Assembly: GCA_017549505.1 (NCBI GenBank) | Contig: JAFYUS010000048.1 | Location: 9,163-73,162 of the forward strand | Direction: 5' to 3' | DNA length: 64,000 nucleotides | Source of the DNA: Bacteroidales bacterium | GTDB lineage: Bacteria > Bacteroidota > Bacteroidia > Bacteroidales > UBA932 | Part shown: positions 9,692 through 20,055 of the stretch, in pieces | Position numbering within the stretch: position 1 is the first letter of the stretch | Layout: the number at the start of each line of letters is the position of its first letter | Notes under the pieces: model-generated | What the model was told of the DNA's origin: nothing | Seen by the model: the letters and a program-made list of their open reading frames with translations, nothing else | Database searches by the model: none | Program-made: the position numbers and the translations under genes

Positions 9692-11359
9692 ATGCACAAA
9701 CCTATAATATATCAGATGATCCCCAGACTTTGGGGAAACGACAATCAGAACCCTGTAAAAGACGGGTCTTTGACTCAGAACGGCACAGGAAAATTCTCGG
9801 ATATAGACACAAAGACGCTTGAATACCTTTCATGGCTGGGATGCAGCCATGTATGGTATACAGGAGTATTGAGACATTCCACACAAGCCTCTGAAGAGGG
9901 ATGCATCCCTTCCCACCCGCAGTTCGTAAAAGGTAAGGCGGGTTCTCCATATGCCATATGCGACTACTATGATGTAAACCCTTATCTTGCTGATAATCCA
10001 GAAGATAGAATGGGTGAGTTCGAGCAGTTAATCAAGAGGACTCACGATGCGGGACTGAAGCTTATAATAGATTTTGTCCCAAACCACGTAGCACGAGATT
10101 ACGGCAAGACAACCTTTACAGAAGGACACCCCGTACTTGGAGCCGAGGACGACAAGTCTGTGCATTGGAAAGCAGAGAACGATTTCTTCTATTATGTAGG
10201 TGAAAGACTTGTCCTTCCGACACCTGTTCCCGACGGTATGGCACCATACGAGGAAATGCCCGCCATGGCTACAGGAAACAACTGCTACAGCCCTACACCA
10301 GGAATAAATGACTGGTACGAAACAGTCAAGATCAATTATGGCGACTATCATACATCTACATGGGACAAGATGTATGACATAATCGAGTATTGGGCATCCA
10401 AGGGAGTGGATGGATTCAGATGCGATATGGTAGAACTCGTACCGCCGCAGTTCTTCAAATGGCTCATTGCTGAAATAAAGACAAGATTCCCAGATCTGAT
10501 CTTCATCGCAGAGGTATACAAGAAGGACCTTTACGAAGAATATATCAGGAATATAGGATTTGACTATCTATATGACAAATCAGGCCTGTACGACACTCTA
10601 CGCACGGTAGTGGAAAAGAATGTAGGCGATAACGGCATGCCTGTGGAGCTATGGCAGTCCGCTACCGGCATCACAAGATGCTGGCAGTTCCTGGGTAACC
10701 TTCAGCCGTACATGCTGAACTTTCTGGAAAATCACGATGAGCAGCGTTTTGCCTCTGACTTCTTCGGCAAATCTGCAGGAAACACATTCGCACCGCTGCA
10801 TGTATCCATGCTTCTGAACACAGCACCATTCATGATATACTTCGGTGAAGAAGTCGGAGAGAAGGGTATGGACGAGGAAGGATTCAGCGGACGGGACGGC
10901 CGCACCACCATCTTCGATTGGTGGGCCGTCGGTTCATTCAGCAGACTGAGAAAGGTAATCGCATCAGGAGCATACAAAACCATGGATGCAAAGGCTATCG
11001 AAGAGGCAGGATTGAATAGGGAAGAGGCGGAATTCTTCTGCAGATTTGCAGAAGTTACAAGACTGGCCGCATCGGACCCTGCAATCAAACATGGTACGAC
11101 TTACGACCTCTGTTACTGCAACTCATGTTCTGATGGATTTGACAGGAACAGACACTTCGTATTCCTCAGAGACCACCTTGACCATACAGTCCTTGTCGCA
11201 GCAAACTTCTCGAATCACGAGGCGGACATGAAGATAGTGATTCCTGAGCACGCATTCCAATGGATGGAGATTCCAGTAACTGATGATCTTTATCCTGGCA
11301 AGGAGATCGATGTCAAAGTTGCTCCTATGGACGCAACAATCCTTACCCTTATAGACTGA
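9692..11359 (+). CDS. GH13 alpha-amylase family glycosidase (no signal peptide)
   Basis: GSPYAI.DY, IDFVPNH, DGFRCDM, FIAEVY and FLENHDEQR conserved GH13 regions. Confidence 0.9.
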   Translation: MHKPIIYQMIPRLWGNDNQNPVKDGSLTQNGTGKFSDIDTKTLEYLSWLGCSHVWYTGVLRHSTQASEEGCIPSHPQFVKGKAGSPYAICDYYDVNPYLADNPEDRMGEFEQLIKRTHDAGLKLIIDFVPNHVARDYGKTTFTEGHPVLGAEDDKSVHWKAENDFFYYVGERLVLPTPVPDGMAPYEEMPAMATGNNCYSPTPGINDWYETVKINYGDYHTSTWDKMYDIIEYWASKGVDGFRCDMVELVPPQFFKWLIAEIKTRFPDLIFIAEVYKKDLYEEYIRNIGFDYLYDKSGLYDTLRTVVEKNVGDNGMPVELWQSATGITRCWQFLGNLQPYMLNFLENHDEQRFASDFFGKSAGNTFAPLHVSMLLNTAPFMIYFGEEVGEKGMDEEGFSGRDGRTTIFDWWAVGSFSRLRKVIASGAYKTMDAKAIEEAGLNREEAEFFCRFAEVTRLAASDPAIKHGTTYDLCYCNSCSDGFDRNRHFVFLRDHLDHTVLVAANFSNHEADMKIVIPEHAFQWMEIPVTDDLYPGKEIDVKVAPMDATILTLID

Positions 11360-11382
11360 AAATAAGCCAAAATAATAGGGAA

Positions 11383-11433
11383 AACCCCTATAACAAAAAT
11401 GTTTCACATGTAAACAATTTTGTTATAGGGGTT
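11383..11433. terminator. Bidirectional terminator between convergent genes
   Basis: 16-bp inverted repeat AACCCCTATAACAAAA / TTTTGTTATAGGGGTT. Confidence 0.7.
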
Positions 11434-11450
11434 AATTATTAATAGATTAG

Positions 11451-14432
11451 CTAATAACCCACAATTGCCTTGTTGGAAGACCTGTCGATGAAGCCAATCA
11501 TACCTTCAGGGGCCTTATAAAGCTTGACAAACTCGCTTCCTTCGACGAATTCGAGCTTTGAAAGCGCAGCTTCGTCAATGTATCCATCGCCTCTGACTGT
11601 ATCGATCGTGAGGTAACCGACTCCAAGAGAAGTGATGTTCTGGAAGAAGTGTGTTCCCTGACTAGGCTCGATCTGAAATCCCGGGATGGCAGTCTCGACA
11701 ATCATCCTCGCTTCTGAAATCTCGTTCCAAAGAACAGGGATACCAAGCCATGGATCCGATGACCCCCATCTGCCAGGTCCTACAAGAAGATAATTCTCAC
11801 CTAGCTTCTTGATCTTTTCATTCATGGCAGCGATTTCCTTAGCCATGTCCCTGGTCCTTGAACTGTCGAAGGAAGCGGAAGGTACATGGACTATATACTT
11901 CATTCTGTCTGAATAACCGGAACCGAGAGCTTTGCCGGACCTCAGAAGTACATTCGGAATGGATTCAGATGCCTTCTCGATGTTTGTCGTCATGTCATCT
12001 GAAAATTCGCCTACCGGACGTACCTGAAGAAGCTTCAGAACCATACCTGGACCGCCAGGTCCGTTGAATAGGTCTGCTGCAAACTCGATCTCCACATCAC
12101 ACATCAGTTCCTTCTTGCAGATGTTCATTATGTCACCGATTATCTGGGCCAGAGGATACCTTCCGTATTTCAGGATGGCATCAAAAGATATCACACGAGG
12201 ACCTTTGGCTGTTATGCCGGGAACCATACGGTTGTTTTCAATGCTGAATGTGGATGCCACAAGTTCAGGATGAGGGAAACCAGGCAGAACCTCAGCAATC
12301 TGAGGATGTGCGAGATTGACACCTTCGTCCCTTGATATCTTGAATGCACCAGGCCTGAGGTCAAGGGCATACATCTCCTTCTGAGTATCCCTCAAGGCAA
12401 GTTTCGGATCGGACAGCTGGAGTATCTTCTTAGGATATTTCGGGCTGAATCTCAATGTATTGCCTCCGTCTACTACGGTCTTGCCAAGTCCGAAAGCAAG
12501 ATTGACTATGCCATCTTCAGGCTTCTCGTTACCGATAGGATAGAAATTGATGGATCTTCCGACTCCGGAAAGCATCGGATAATACAGTCCGTCATGTTCA
12601 GTACCGCATATGCTCTGCACGACTACAGCCATCTTCTCCTCGCTGAGCAGGTTTGCAGTGGTCTGTATGTATGTCCTGCTTCCTGCGTAGAATACGGATG
12701 CGTACACACTCTTGATTGCCTTACCCAACATTCGGAGCATCTGATCCTTGTTCTCGACCAGAGGAACCATATAAGTGGAGTATACGCCCGCAAACGGCTG
12801 ATAGCTGCTGTCTTCAAGCTTCGAGCTTGAACGTACGGCAAAAGGTGTATTTGCCTGGTTTACATATACTCTGAGTTCTTCGACAAGCTTCTCGGGAAGA
12901 CGGGACGCTACGAATTCTGAAAGTATCTCATCGTCAGACACCTCTGAATCAATGACATACTGGAGGTCATTCTCTAGTATGAACTGGTCGAAATAGTCTG
13001 TCGCAATGACAATTGTCCTCGGTATTGATATCTTTACGCCAGGGTACTTGTCTGCAAGCCTGTGCTTGTCGACAAGGCTGTTGAGGAACGCGAGTCCACG
13101 TGCCTTTCCTCCAAGGGATCCGTCACCCATTCTTGAGAACCATATGTGGCTTCCATAATTCTCAAGGTCGAAATGGGCGATCACTCCTCGTCCCATAAGT
13201 GCATGGAAATCATGTATCTGCTGGGAAACGTACTGTCTCATGTCGTCAACAGTGGCGAAATGGCTTTCCTGTACAGCCTTTACCTTTCCACCCAATGTGA
13301 AGAGTCCTCGCGAGTAGAACCACTTTGAAAGCATGTTCTTGGAAGTAGCTCTAAGAAGTACGTCATCCGGCAAGGTGAGGACAAGTGCCTCAAGCTCCTT
13401 AAGATTGCCTGCACGGCCATACTCGACCCTGTTGTCATCACGGAAAACGAAGTCTCCGAATCCGAATTCTTCCTTTATATAATCAGACAGCTGGAGCATA
13501 AGCGTCTTGGAGTATTTCTTCAGGAAACCTACTCCAATCTCCTGTGCTACAGCCGCTACACTAGCTTGTGAAGACTGAAGAAGCACAGGCATCATAGGGT
13601 CATCGGCCTTTATATGTCTCACAAGGGTAATACCGGCATCCAGCACCTCCTTATCAGGTCCTTCATCCTTATGCATCGTAAAGCCGACATCGGAAATCAC
13701 ACCAAGGAGATTGTTCTTGTACTTCTCATACATGCTCAAGGCATCGTCATAATTGGTTGCAAGAAGAATCTTCGGACGGGATCTCTTACGGATCTTGCGC
13801 TGCTGCTGGTTAAGGGTCTCGGTAAGGAACTCCCTTGTCTGCATCAGGATAAGCTTATAGAGTTCAGGCAGATAAGTCGAATAGTATCGTACAGAGTCTT
13901 CCACAAGGAGAATAGCCTGCACACCGACTCCCGATATGTCATGTTCTGCATTCTGCAGGTCCTCGAAGAGCTTTACTATCGCCACGATAAGGTCAGCGTT
14001 GCCGTGCCAGCAGAACATATAGTCGATTGCCGACGTATCCTGAAGGGCCAGACGTCTGTAGACTTCCTTCGAGAAGTGGGTGAGAAGTACGAACGGAAGA
14101 TTAGGTCTGTCGTTCTTGATTTCTGTCGCAAGCGAGAAGACTTCCTTATCACTTACATTGTACATGCACATCACCATGTCTATACCCACGACAGTATTGA
14201 GGAGTTCACGTGCCTGGGCAGCAGTCTGTACCCATATGAACTTAGGAGGGTTACTCAGATTCAGGTCCGTATATTCCCTGTATATCTGAGCTTCAATCTG
14301 TCCGTCTTCTTCGAGAATGAATGCATCGTAATTACTGCATATCATAAGAATCTTTCTGATCCTGTAATTGATCAGAGATTCATAATCCGTTTCGTTAAGT
14401 TCCTTAAGCAGAACAGGTTCTACATTATTCAT
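11451..14432 (-). CDS. PEP/pyruvate-binding (PPDK_N/PEP synthase-like) protein with N-terminal receiver-like domains
   Basis: Two REC-like segments (ILMICS.., ILLVEDS), then GGKARGLAF, AVRSSSKLED, FAGVYST, LQVRP and C-terminal GPGRWGS..SQGTHFF. Confidence 0.85.
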   Translation of the reverse strand: MNNVEPVLLKELNETDYESLINYRIRKILMICSNYDAFILEEDGQIEAQIYREYTDLNLSNPPKFIWVQTAAQARELLNTVVGIDMVMCMYNVSDKEVFSLATEIKNDRPNLPFVLLTHFSKEVYRRLALQDTSAIDYMFCWHGNADLIVAIVKLFEDLQNAEHDISGVGVQAILLVEDSVRYYSTYLPELYKLILMQTREFLTETLNQQQRKIRKRSRPKILLATNYDDALSMYEKYKNNLLGVISDVGFTMHKDEGPDKEVLDAGITLVRHIKADDPMMPVLLQSSQASVAAVAQEIGVGFLKKYSKTLMLQLSDYIKEEFGFGDFVFRDDNRVEYGRAGNLKELEALVLTLPDDVLLRATSKNMLSKWFYSRGLFTLGGKVKAVQESHFATVDDMRQYVSQQIHDFHALMGRGVIAHFDLENYGSHIWFSRMGDGSLGGKARGLAFLNSLVDKHRLADKYPGVKISIPRTIVIATDYFDQFILENDLQYVIDSEVSDDEILSEFVASRLPEKLVEELRVYVNQANTPFAVRSSSKLEDSSYQPFAGVYSTYMVPLVENKDQMLRMLGKAIKSVYASVFYAGSRTYIQTTANLLSEEKMAVVVQSICGTEHDGLYYPMLSGVGRSINFYPIGNEKPEDGIVNLAFGLGKTVVDGGNTLRFSPKYPKKILQLSDPKLALRDTQKEMYALDLRPGAFKISRDEGVNLAHPQIAEVLPGFPHPELVASTFSIENNRMVPGITAKGPRVISFDAILKYGRYPLAQIIGDIMNICKKELMCDVEIEFAADLFNGPGGPGMVLKLLQVRPVGEFSDDMTTNIEKASESIPNVLLRSGKALGSGYSDRMKYIVHVPSASFDSSRTRDMAKEIAAMNEKIKKLGENYLLVGPGRWGSSDPWLGIPVLWNEISEARMIVETAIPGFQIEPSQGTHFFQNITSLGVGYLTIDTVRGDGYIDEAALSKLEFVEGSEFVKLYKAPEGMIGFIDRSSNKAIVGY

Positions 14433-14439
14433 ATCGTTA

Positions 14440-15195
14440 TCAGTACAGTCTTCTGCGGAATTCCGCCACCGTTATAGCCGTGGCAATCGCTGCATTAAGA
14501 GATTCAGATCCGGGCTGATCTGCCGGATATGGGGGGATGTACAGTCTGTCTGTCACAAGGGAGGCCATACCTTCGGAAATGCCGTTTGACTCATTTCCTA
14601 TCACAATCATGGCAGGGGATTCCGACCCGTTGTCAAGATCCTTGCGATACATGTTTTCACCATCAAGGAAAGTCCCGAAAATGCTTCCGCCTTTGTCAAG
14701 GACAAGCCTTGACAGCTGCGGAAGGTCCACATAATGCATCTTCACCCTGAATATGGCACCCATTGTTGCCTGTACCACCTTAGGATTGAAGACATCGACG
14801 GTGTCTCGCGTAGCGAACACCGCATCTGCCCCGAACCAGTCAGCTATGCGCAGAATCGTTCCCAGATTTCCCGGGTCACGTATGGTATCCAAAGCAAGAT
14901 ACAGACCTCCTTCAGACAGTCTGCCGTCAAAGGCAGACGCATCTTCCACATATATATCGGAAGGTTTCTTTACTACTGCAAGTACCGGAGAAGGGGACGA
15001 AAGCGCTGATATCCTGGACATTGCTTCTGTTCCGATATCTTCGATACGGTATATTTTCTCCACCTTGAATCCGGAACGCACAGCCTCTTCCACCATCTTT
15101 TCACCTTCAACGATGAAAATCCCCATCTCATCTCTGAACTTCTTCTGTTGCAGAGCCTTGACTTTCTTTATCTCATTGTTTGATATAGATGTCAT
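14440..15195 (-). CDS. TrmH/SpoU-family RNA methyltransferase
   Basis: FIVEGEK, RDPGNLGTILR, IGNESNG and ESLNAAIA motifs. Start moved to MTSISNNEIK (15195) because a -7 box lies at 15218-15225 and the longer ORF overlaps tamL. Confidence 0.9.
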   Translation of the reverse strand: MTSISNNEIKKVKALQQKKFRDEMGIFIVEGEKMVEEAVRSGFKVEKIYRIEDIGTEAMSRISALSSPSPVLAVVKKPSDIYVEDASAFDGRLSEGGLYLALDTIRDPGNLGTILRIADWFGADAVFATRDTVDVFNPKVVQATMGAIFRVKMHYVDLPQLSRLVLDKGGSIFGTFLDGENMYRKDLDNGSESPAMIVIGNESNGISEGMASLVTDRLYIPPYPADQPGSESLNAAIATAITVAEFRRRLY

Positions 15196-15217
15196 ATTTT
15201 TATTGATATCAATCATA

Positions 15218-15276
15218 CAAAGATATGAATTTTTCTGGCTAAAATTTTGAGAAACGCATAGTTTAGGATAAATTTG
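15218..15276. promoter_or_regulatory. Divergent -7 promoter pair (TrmH-family gene / tamL)
   Basis: TATCTTTG on the minus strand (15218-15225) and TAAATTTG on the plus strand (15269-15276). Confidence 0.55.
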
Positions 15277-15283
15277 CGGAATA

Positions 15284-17476
15284 ATGTTCAAATGGATCTT
15301 CAGAATATCTGCAGCCGCCGTCATGATTGCAGCTGTACTTTCCTGCAGCACTACCAGAGTGCTTCAGGAAGACCAATATCGTCTGGCAGATAACGACATC
15401 AAGGTCCTCAATGACCCTAAGTTCAATACAGGTTCCCTTACGCCATACCTCAAGCAGAAACCTAATCCGTCGATCGTATTCGGATGGAACCCTTTCCTGA
15501 GCGTATACAACTGGTCAAACGGTAAAGGTGGCGGCTGGGACAAGCTGGTTCAGAAAGTCGGACAGGCGCCGGTCATATACGATGCCGATCTGGTGGAGAG
15601 CTCAGTAGAGAACATAAAGACCCATCTTGAGTATCAGGGATATTACGATTCCAGCGTCAGTACTGACATCCAGGTAAAGAAGAGGAAGGTGTCTGTTTCT
15701 TACAATGTCATGCTCGGCAAGAGATATCCTATAAGCTCCATACAGTATGTATTGCCTGAAAGGGGAGAATTCAAGGAAGCATTCCTTCAGGACACATCCA
15801 GATACTCCGTAAAGATCGGAAGCTACCTTTCTGAAGCAGCGCTTGAAGCTGAATCCGAAAAATATGGTTCAGCCATGCGCAACAAGGGTTTCTTTGATTT
15901 CAACAAGAACAATTTCTTCTTCACTGCAGACACTCTTTCCCATGACGGCGATGCAGCCCTGACAGTAACTATCAACGAATACACACGTAACGAAAGCGCC
16001 AGAAACGCCCAGCCTATAAGAAGATATTATCTCGACAAGGTCGAGATCTCATATCCTGAAAACCTAAAGATCAGACCACAAGTCCTTAAAGACCTTACAA
16101 CCCTCTCACCAGGCCAGGTTTATAGCGAAGATGCCGTAAACAATACATACAACCGACTTTCTGCACTGAAGATCTTCAGTACGGTAAACATCGGCATGAC
16201 CCCGAAGGACACCAACCTGGTAGACTGTTCCATCGTACTGAACCAGTCAAAGCTCCAGGGCTTCAAGGTCAATCTCGAGGCATCTTCCAATTCTTCAGGA
16301 CTCTTCGGTATCTCTCCTCAGCTCTCATACTACCACAAGAACGTATTCCGCGGAGGTGAAATACTCAACCTGAGCTTCATGGGAAACTTCCAGTTCAAGT
16401 TCAACCAGCCGGTACGCTCAAACGAGTTCGGAGTATCTGGAGGACTCAGCTTCCCTAAATTCTTCCCGCTTCCATACAGCATGTTCCCGGGGGCAGTCCC
16501 ACGCACGGACGTGAACATATCGTACAATTATCAGGACAGGCCTGAATATACAAGAAACATAATCTCGACATCATACGGATACAGCGGTAACGTGGATAAC
16601 AGACTCTTCTACCAGGCATATCCACTCCAGATGAATATAGTAAAGCTTTCCAACCTGGACTCAGACTTCTACAATTCCCTTGCAGCTGACCCGTTCCTCA
16701 GGAATGCCTACCAGAACCACTTTGACCTCGGTTCCGGTCTGATGCTATATTATACTACTGATGCGGAGAGCATACCGAAATCTACTTTCTGGTATAGCCG
16801 TTTCCAGTTCGATATAGCAGGTAATCTGCTGAGCTGCTTCAACGACCTGATGAAGCAGGATGCAGGCGGCGCAAGGATGATCTGGAATACACCTTACTCA
16901 CAGTTTGTCAGAGGAGAGGTGACTTTGGGACGCACATGGATCTTCGGAAGAAACTCAGGTCAGGCGATAGCTACGCGCCTGCTCGCAGGAGCCGGATATG
17001 CATACGGCAACTCAACTGCACTTCCGTTTGAAAAGCATTTCTACGCCGGCGGTTCCAACAGTCTCCGCGGATGGCAGGCTAGGACCGTAGGTCCAGGTCT
17101 GTCCCAGATGGACGATTCATTCGTGATCCCAAACCAGACAGGTGACATGAAACTCGAAGCAAACATCGAATACCGCTTCGATATGTTCTGGAAAGTCGCA
17201 GGAGCATTGTTTGTCGATGCCGGCAACGTATGGACTCTCAGAAGCAGCGGCGAAGGCAACAGCTATGAATCCATGTTCAGATGGGACACATTCGGTGAGA
17301 GCATTGCTGCAAACTGGGGACTTGGATTGAGACTTGACTTCGGATTCCTTCTCCTGCGCGTCGACATGGGTATGAAGATCCATGACCCTGCACGTGTACA
17401 GAAATGGGTTACCCCGGACATGTGGCTTAAGAGAGACGGCTTCGCCGTTCACTTCGGAGTCGGATATCCTTTCTGA
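15284..17476 (+). CDS. tamL: BamA/TamA-family outer-membrane protein, lipoprotein form (TamL-like)
   Basis: Lipobox VLSC, POTRA-like region, GGSNSLRGW..R.VGPG lid motif, FVDAGNVW, C-terminal FGVGYPF. Confidence 0.8.
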   Translation: MFKWIFRISAAAVMIAAVLSCSTTRVLQEDQYRLADNDIKVLNDPKFNTGSLTPYLKQKPNPSIVFGWNPFLSVYNWSNGKGGGWDKLVQKVGQAPVIYDADLVESSVENIKTHLEYQGYYDSSVSTDIQVKKRKVSVSYNVMLGKRYPISSIQYVLPERGEFKEAFLQDTSRYSVKIGSYLSEAALEAESEKYGSAMRNKGFFDFNKNNFFFTADTLSHDGDAALTVTINEYTRNESARNAQPIRRYYLDKVEISYPENLKIRPQVLKDLTTLSPGQVYSEDAVNNTYNRLSALKIFSTVNIGMTPKDTNLVDCSIVLNQSKLQGFKVNLEASSNSSGLFGISPQLSYYHKNVFRGGEILNLSFMGNFQFKFNQPVRSNEFGVSGGLSFPKFFPLPYSMFPGAVPRTDVNISYNYQDRPEYTRNIISTSYGYSGNVDNRLFYQAYPLQMNIVKLSNLDSDFYNSLAADPFLRNAYQNHFDLGSGLMLYYTTDAESIPKSTFWYSRFQFDIAGNLLSCFNDLMKQDAGGARMIWNTPYSQFVRGEVTLGRTWIFGRNSGQAIATRLLAGAGYAYGNSTALPFEKHFYAGGSNSLRGWQARTVGPGLSQMDDSFVIPNQTGDMKLEANIEYRFDMFWKVAGALFVDAGNVWTLRSSGEGNSYESMFRWDTFGESIAANWGLGLRLDFGFLLLRVDMGMKIHDPARVQKWVTPDMWLKRDGFAVHFGVGYPF

Positions 17477-17477
17477 T

Positions 17478-17502
17478 GTCATCCCGGCGTGACCGGGAAT
17501 CC
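17478..17502. repeat. Small REP-like palindrome between convergent genes
   Basis: GTCATCCCGG-cgtga-CCGGGAATCC; resembles GTCAT-CCC..GGG-AATCC dispersed repeats; single copy in this window. Confidence 0.35.
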
Positions 17503-17505
17503 CGA

Positions 17506-18816
17506 TTATTTATAGTATTTCGGCCAAAGAGATTCAAGACGGGTGCGCAAGGCATCCTCCTGTCTGTTATCGTCAGGCTGATAGAACCTGTGGCCGGCAA
17601 GTTCTTCAGGCATGAATTCAAGATCGACGAAATGTCCCGAATAATCGTGGGCATATTTATAACCGTCGCCATATCCCAGTTCACCCATGAGCTTCGTAGG
17701 GGCATTCCTCAGATACAATGGAACTGATGCAGTCTGGGTATTCTTCGCCATCTCCATAGCTTCGTTGATAGCTCTGTATGCAGAATTGCTCTTCGCAGAA
17801 GATGCGAGATAGATAGTCACTTCCGCCAATGGAATACGTGCTTCAGGCATTCCTATATTGTGGACTATCTGGAAGCATGAATTTGCCAGAAGAAGGGCAT
17901 TGGGGTTTGCCAGTCCCACATCTTCAGCCGCCAGGATACAAAGACGTCTGGCAATGAACAGAGGGTCTTCGCCGCCGTCAAGCATCCTTGCGAGATAGTA
18001 CACAGCGGCATTGGGATCTGAGCCTCTCACGCTTTTTATGAATGCAGAGATCACATCATAATGCATCTCGCCGCCCTTGTCATATATCGCTATGTTTTCC
18101 TGCAGACATGAGGTCACTGTCTTGTTGTCGATCACGACCTCCTTGTCCCCGGTAAATGAACCTACGACAATCTCGAGAATGTTCAGCAGCTTGCGCGCAT
18201 CTCCGGCGCTGTGACGGAAGAGCGCATCTGTTTCACGCACATCTATCTTTCTATGTCTGAGTATCTCATCTTCGTTTATCGCCCGTTCAAGAAGTCTCTG
18301 AAGATCAGGTTTCTCAAGCGACTTGAGGACGAAGACCTGACAACGCGAAAGAAGGGGAGTGATGACCTCGAACGACGGATTTTCCGTCGTTGCTCCTATA
18401 AGCACGACTGTGCCGTCTTCAACAGCACCCAGCAGGGCATCCTGCTGGGACTTGTTGAAGCGATGTATTTCATCTATGAAAAGTATAGGGGACTGTCCGT
18501 CTGAAAAGATGGAACCCGAGCGGGCCTTGTCTATTACATCACGTACATCCTTGACACCTGCACTTACTGCAGACAATGTAAAGAATTCACGACCGAGAGA
18601 TTTGGCGATAATCCTAGATAATGTCGTCTTTCCTACTCCCGGAGGGCCCCAAAGGATGAAAGAAGAGAGATTGCCGCTCTCGATCATATTGCGAAGGATG
18701 CATCCTTTGCCGATAAGATGAGTCTGTCCCACATAACCTTCAAGGTTCTGCGGACGCATTCTTTCCGGCAGGGGTGGCAGCATTCTGCCGCGGCCTATGT
18801 TCTCTTCCATTGCCAT
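17506..18816 (-). CDS. rarA: Replication-associated recombination protein A (MgsA/RarA AAA+ ATPase)
   Basis: PLPERMRP, WGPPGVGKTT, FIDEIHRFNKSQQD, GATTENPSF, SAFIKSVRGSD and AAEDVGLA motifs. Confidence 0.95.
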   Translation of the reverse strand: MAMEENIGRGRMLPPLPERMRPQNLEGYVGQTHLIGKGCILRNMIESGNLSSFILWGPPGVGKTTLSRIIAKSLGREFFTLSAVSAGVKDVRDVIDKARSGSIFSDGQSPILFIDEIHRFNKSQQDALLGAVEDGTVVLIGATTENPSFEVITPLLSRCQVFVLKSLEKPDLQRLLERAINEDEILRHRKIDVRETDALFRHSAGDARKLLNILEIVVGSFTGDKEVVIDNKTVTSCLQENIAIYDKGGEMHYDVISAFIKSVRGSDPNAAVYYLARMLDGGEDPLFIARRLCILAAEDVGLANPNALLLANSCFQIVHNIGMPEARIPLAEVTIYLASSAKSNSAYRAINEAMEMAKNTQTASVPLYLRNAPTKLMGELGYGDGYKYAHDYSGHFVDLEFMPEELAGHRFYQPDDNRQEDALRTRLESLWPKYYK

Positions 18817-18826
18817 TTACGCGAAA

Positions 18827-19957
18827 CTAGATCTCCTTTCCGAACACCCAACGTTTCTTATGCTGCTCCTTTTCAAACGGGCTCCACATCGCCTGTACCT
18901 TGGCGTTGGTCTCCAGGTTGGCGTTGGTTTCAGCATATTTGAATCCAAGTTCCTTGTAGGTCTTGAACAGGTCGCAGAAAAGAAGTGCGTTGATTCCTTT
19001 GCTCTGATAGTCAGGTCTTACACCGATAAGAAGCATGTCGAGAGTATCCGGCTTCTTCCAGTACATCGCCTTGAGGAGATGCCACCATCCGAACGGGAAG
19101 ATCTCTCCGCGGCACTTCTGCAGAGCCTCTGAAAGAGAAGGGATTGTGATCGCCAAAGCGATAAGTTCTCCATTTTCATCTTCCACGAAGCTGAACATCC
19201 TGGGATCTGCAAGGCTGAGATAAAGGTCGACATACTGGTCGATCTGCTTCTCGGAAAGAAGTGAATATCCGTAAAGGACACAATAGGTCTGGTTGACCAG
19301 GTCAAATACCTTGCGTCCATAGTTTTCCTTTCTGATCTGTGACTTAGTAAGCTTTCTGACCTTAAGCTTATAGCGCTCCTTTATGATTTCAGCATACTTG
19401 ACATGCTTTTCAGGCATTTCTTCAGGAAGCGTTATCCTGTATTCGACCCAACCTGTCTCCTTATAATATCCGAGCTTCTTAAGATGCTCCGGATAATATG
19501 GATGATTATAGATAAGGGCCATTGTGCTAAGACGGTCGAATCCTTCAACCAGCATACCTTCAGGGTCAAAGTCTGTAAATCCGAGCGGACCTACGATCTG
19601 CTTCATTCCGCGCGCCTTTCCAAACGCAACAACAGCGTCCAGCAAGGCAGATGAAACTTCGATATCATCGATGAAGTCGAACCATCCGAAACGAACCTGG
19701 TCCACTTTCCAGGCAGCGTTGGCCTTCCTGTTTACGATTGCAGCCACTCGTCCGACAATCCTGTCATCCTTGTATGCAAGATAAAGTTCAGCGTCACAGA
19801 ATTCAAATGCGGCATTTGTGTCCTTGCTCAATGTATTGATGTCATCAAACGGCATGCATGGGACATAATACTTGTTGCCTTTATAAAGATTGTTGGCAAA
19901 ACGGACGAAAGATTTAAGGTCTTTCTTAGTGGTAACTGTCTTGATTGTTACACTCAT
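18827..19957 (-). CDS. GNAT-family N-acetyltransferase (YghO-like)
   Basis: VGRVAAI, RFGWFDFIDD, GPLGFTD, YNHPYY, IGVRPDYQSKG and LETN motifs. Confidence 0.75.
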   Translation of the reverse strand: MSVTIKTVTTKKDLKSFVRFANNLYKGNKYYVPCMPFDDINTLSKDTNAAFEFCDAELYLAYKDDRIVGRVAAIVNRKANAAWKVDQVRFGWFDFIDDIEVSSALLDAVVAFGKARGMKQIVGPLGFTDFDPEGMLVEGFDRLSTMALIYNHPYYPEHLKKLGYYKETGWVEYRITLPEEMPEKHVKYAEIIKERYKLKVRKLTKSQIRKENYGRKVFDLVNQTYCVLYGYSLLSEKQIDQYVDLYLSLADPRMFSFVEDENGELIALAITIPSLSEALQKCRGEIFPFGWWHLLKAMYWKKPDTLDMLLIGVRPDYQSKGINALLFCDLFKTYKELGFKYAETNANLETNAKVQAMWSPFEKEQHKKRWVFGKEI

Positions 19958-20055
19958 AATAACTTAGGTTTGGGTTAGTACAGAATACAAAGTTATGAAA
20001 AATTCTCGCATTTCGGCTTATTTTTCCTAAATTCGCATTCATAGACCTGAGCCTT

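Noticed and set aside
11400-11416. TGTTTCACATGTAAACA resembling parS
   Set aside because: Needs a mismatch plus an insertion relative to TGTTTCACGTGAAACA and sits inside a terminator hairpin
15196-15351. N-terminal extensions given by the ORF track (TrmH, DUF4621, NfeD, XRE, ALDH, Maf, GtrA)
   Set aside because: The extensions overlap TAnnTTTG promoter boxes or neighbouring genes; downstream ATGs fit the family N-termini better
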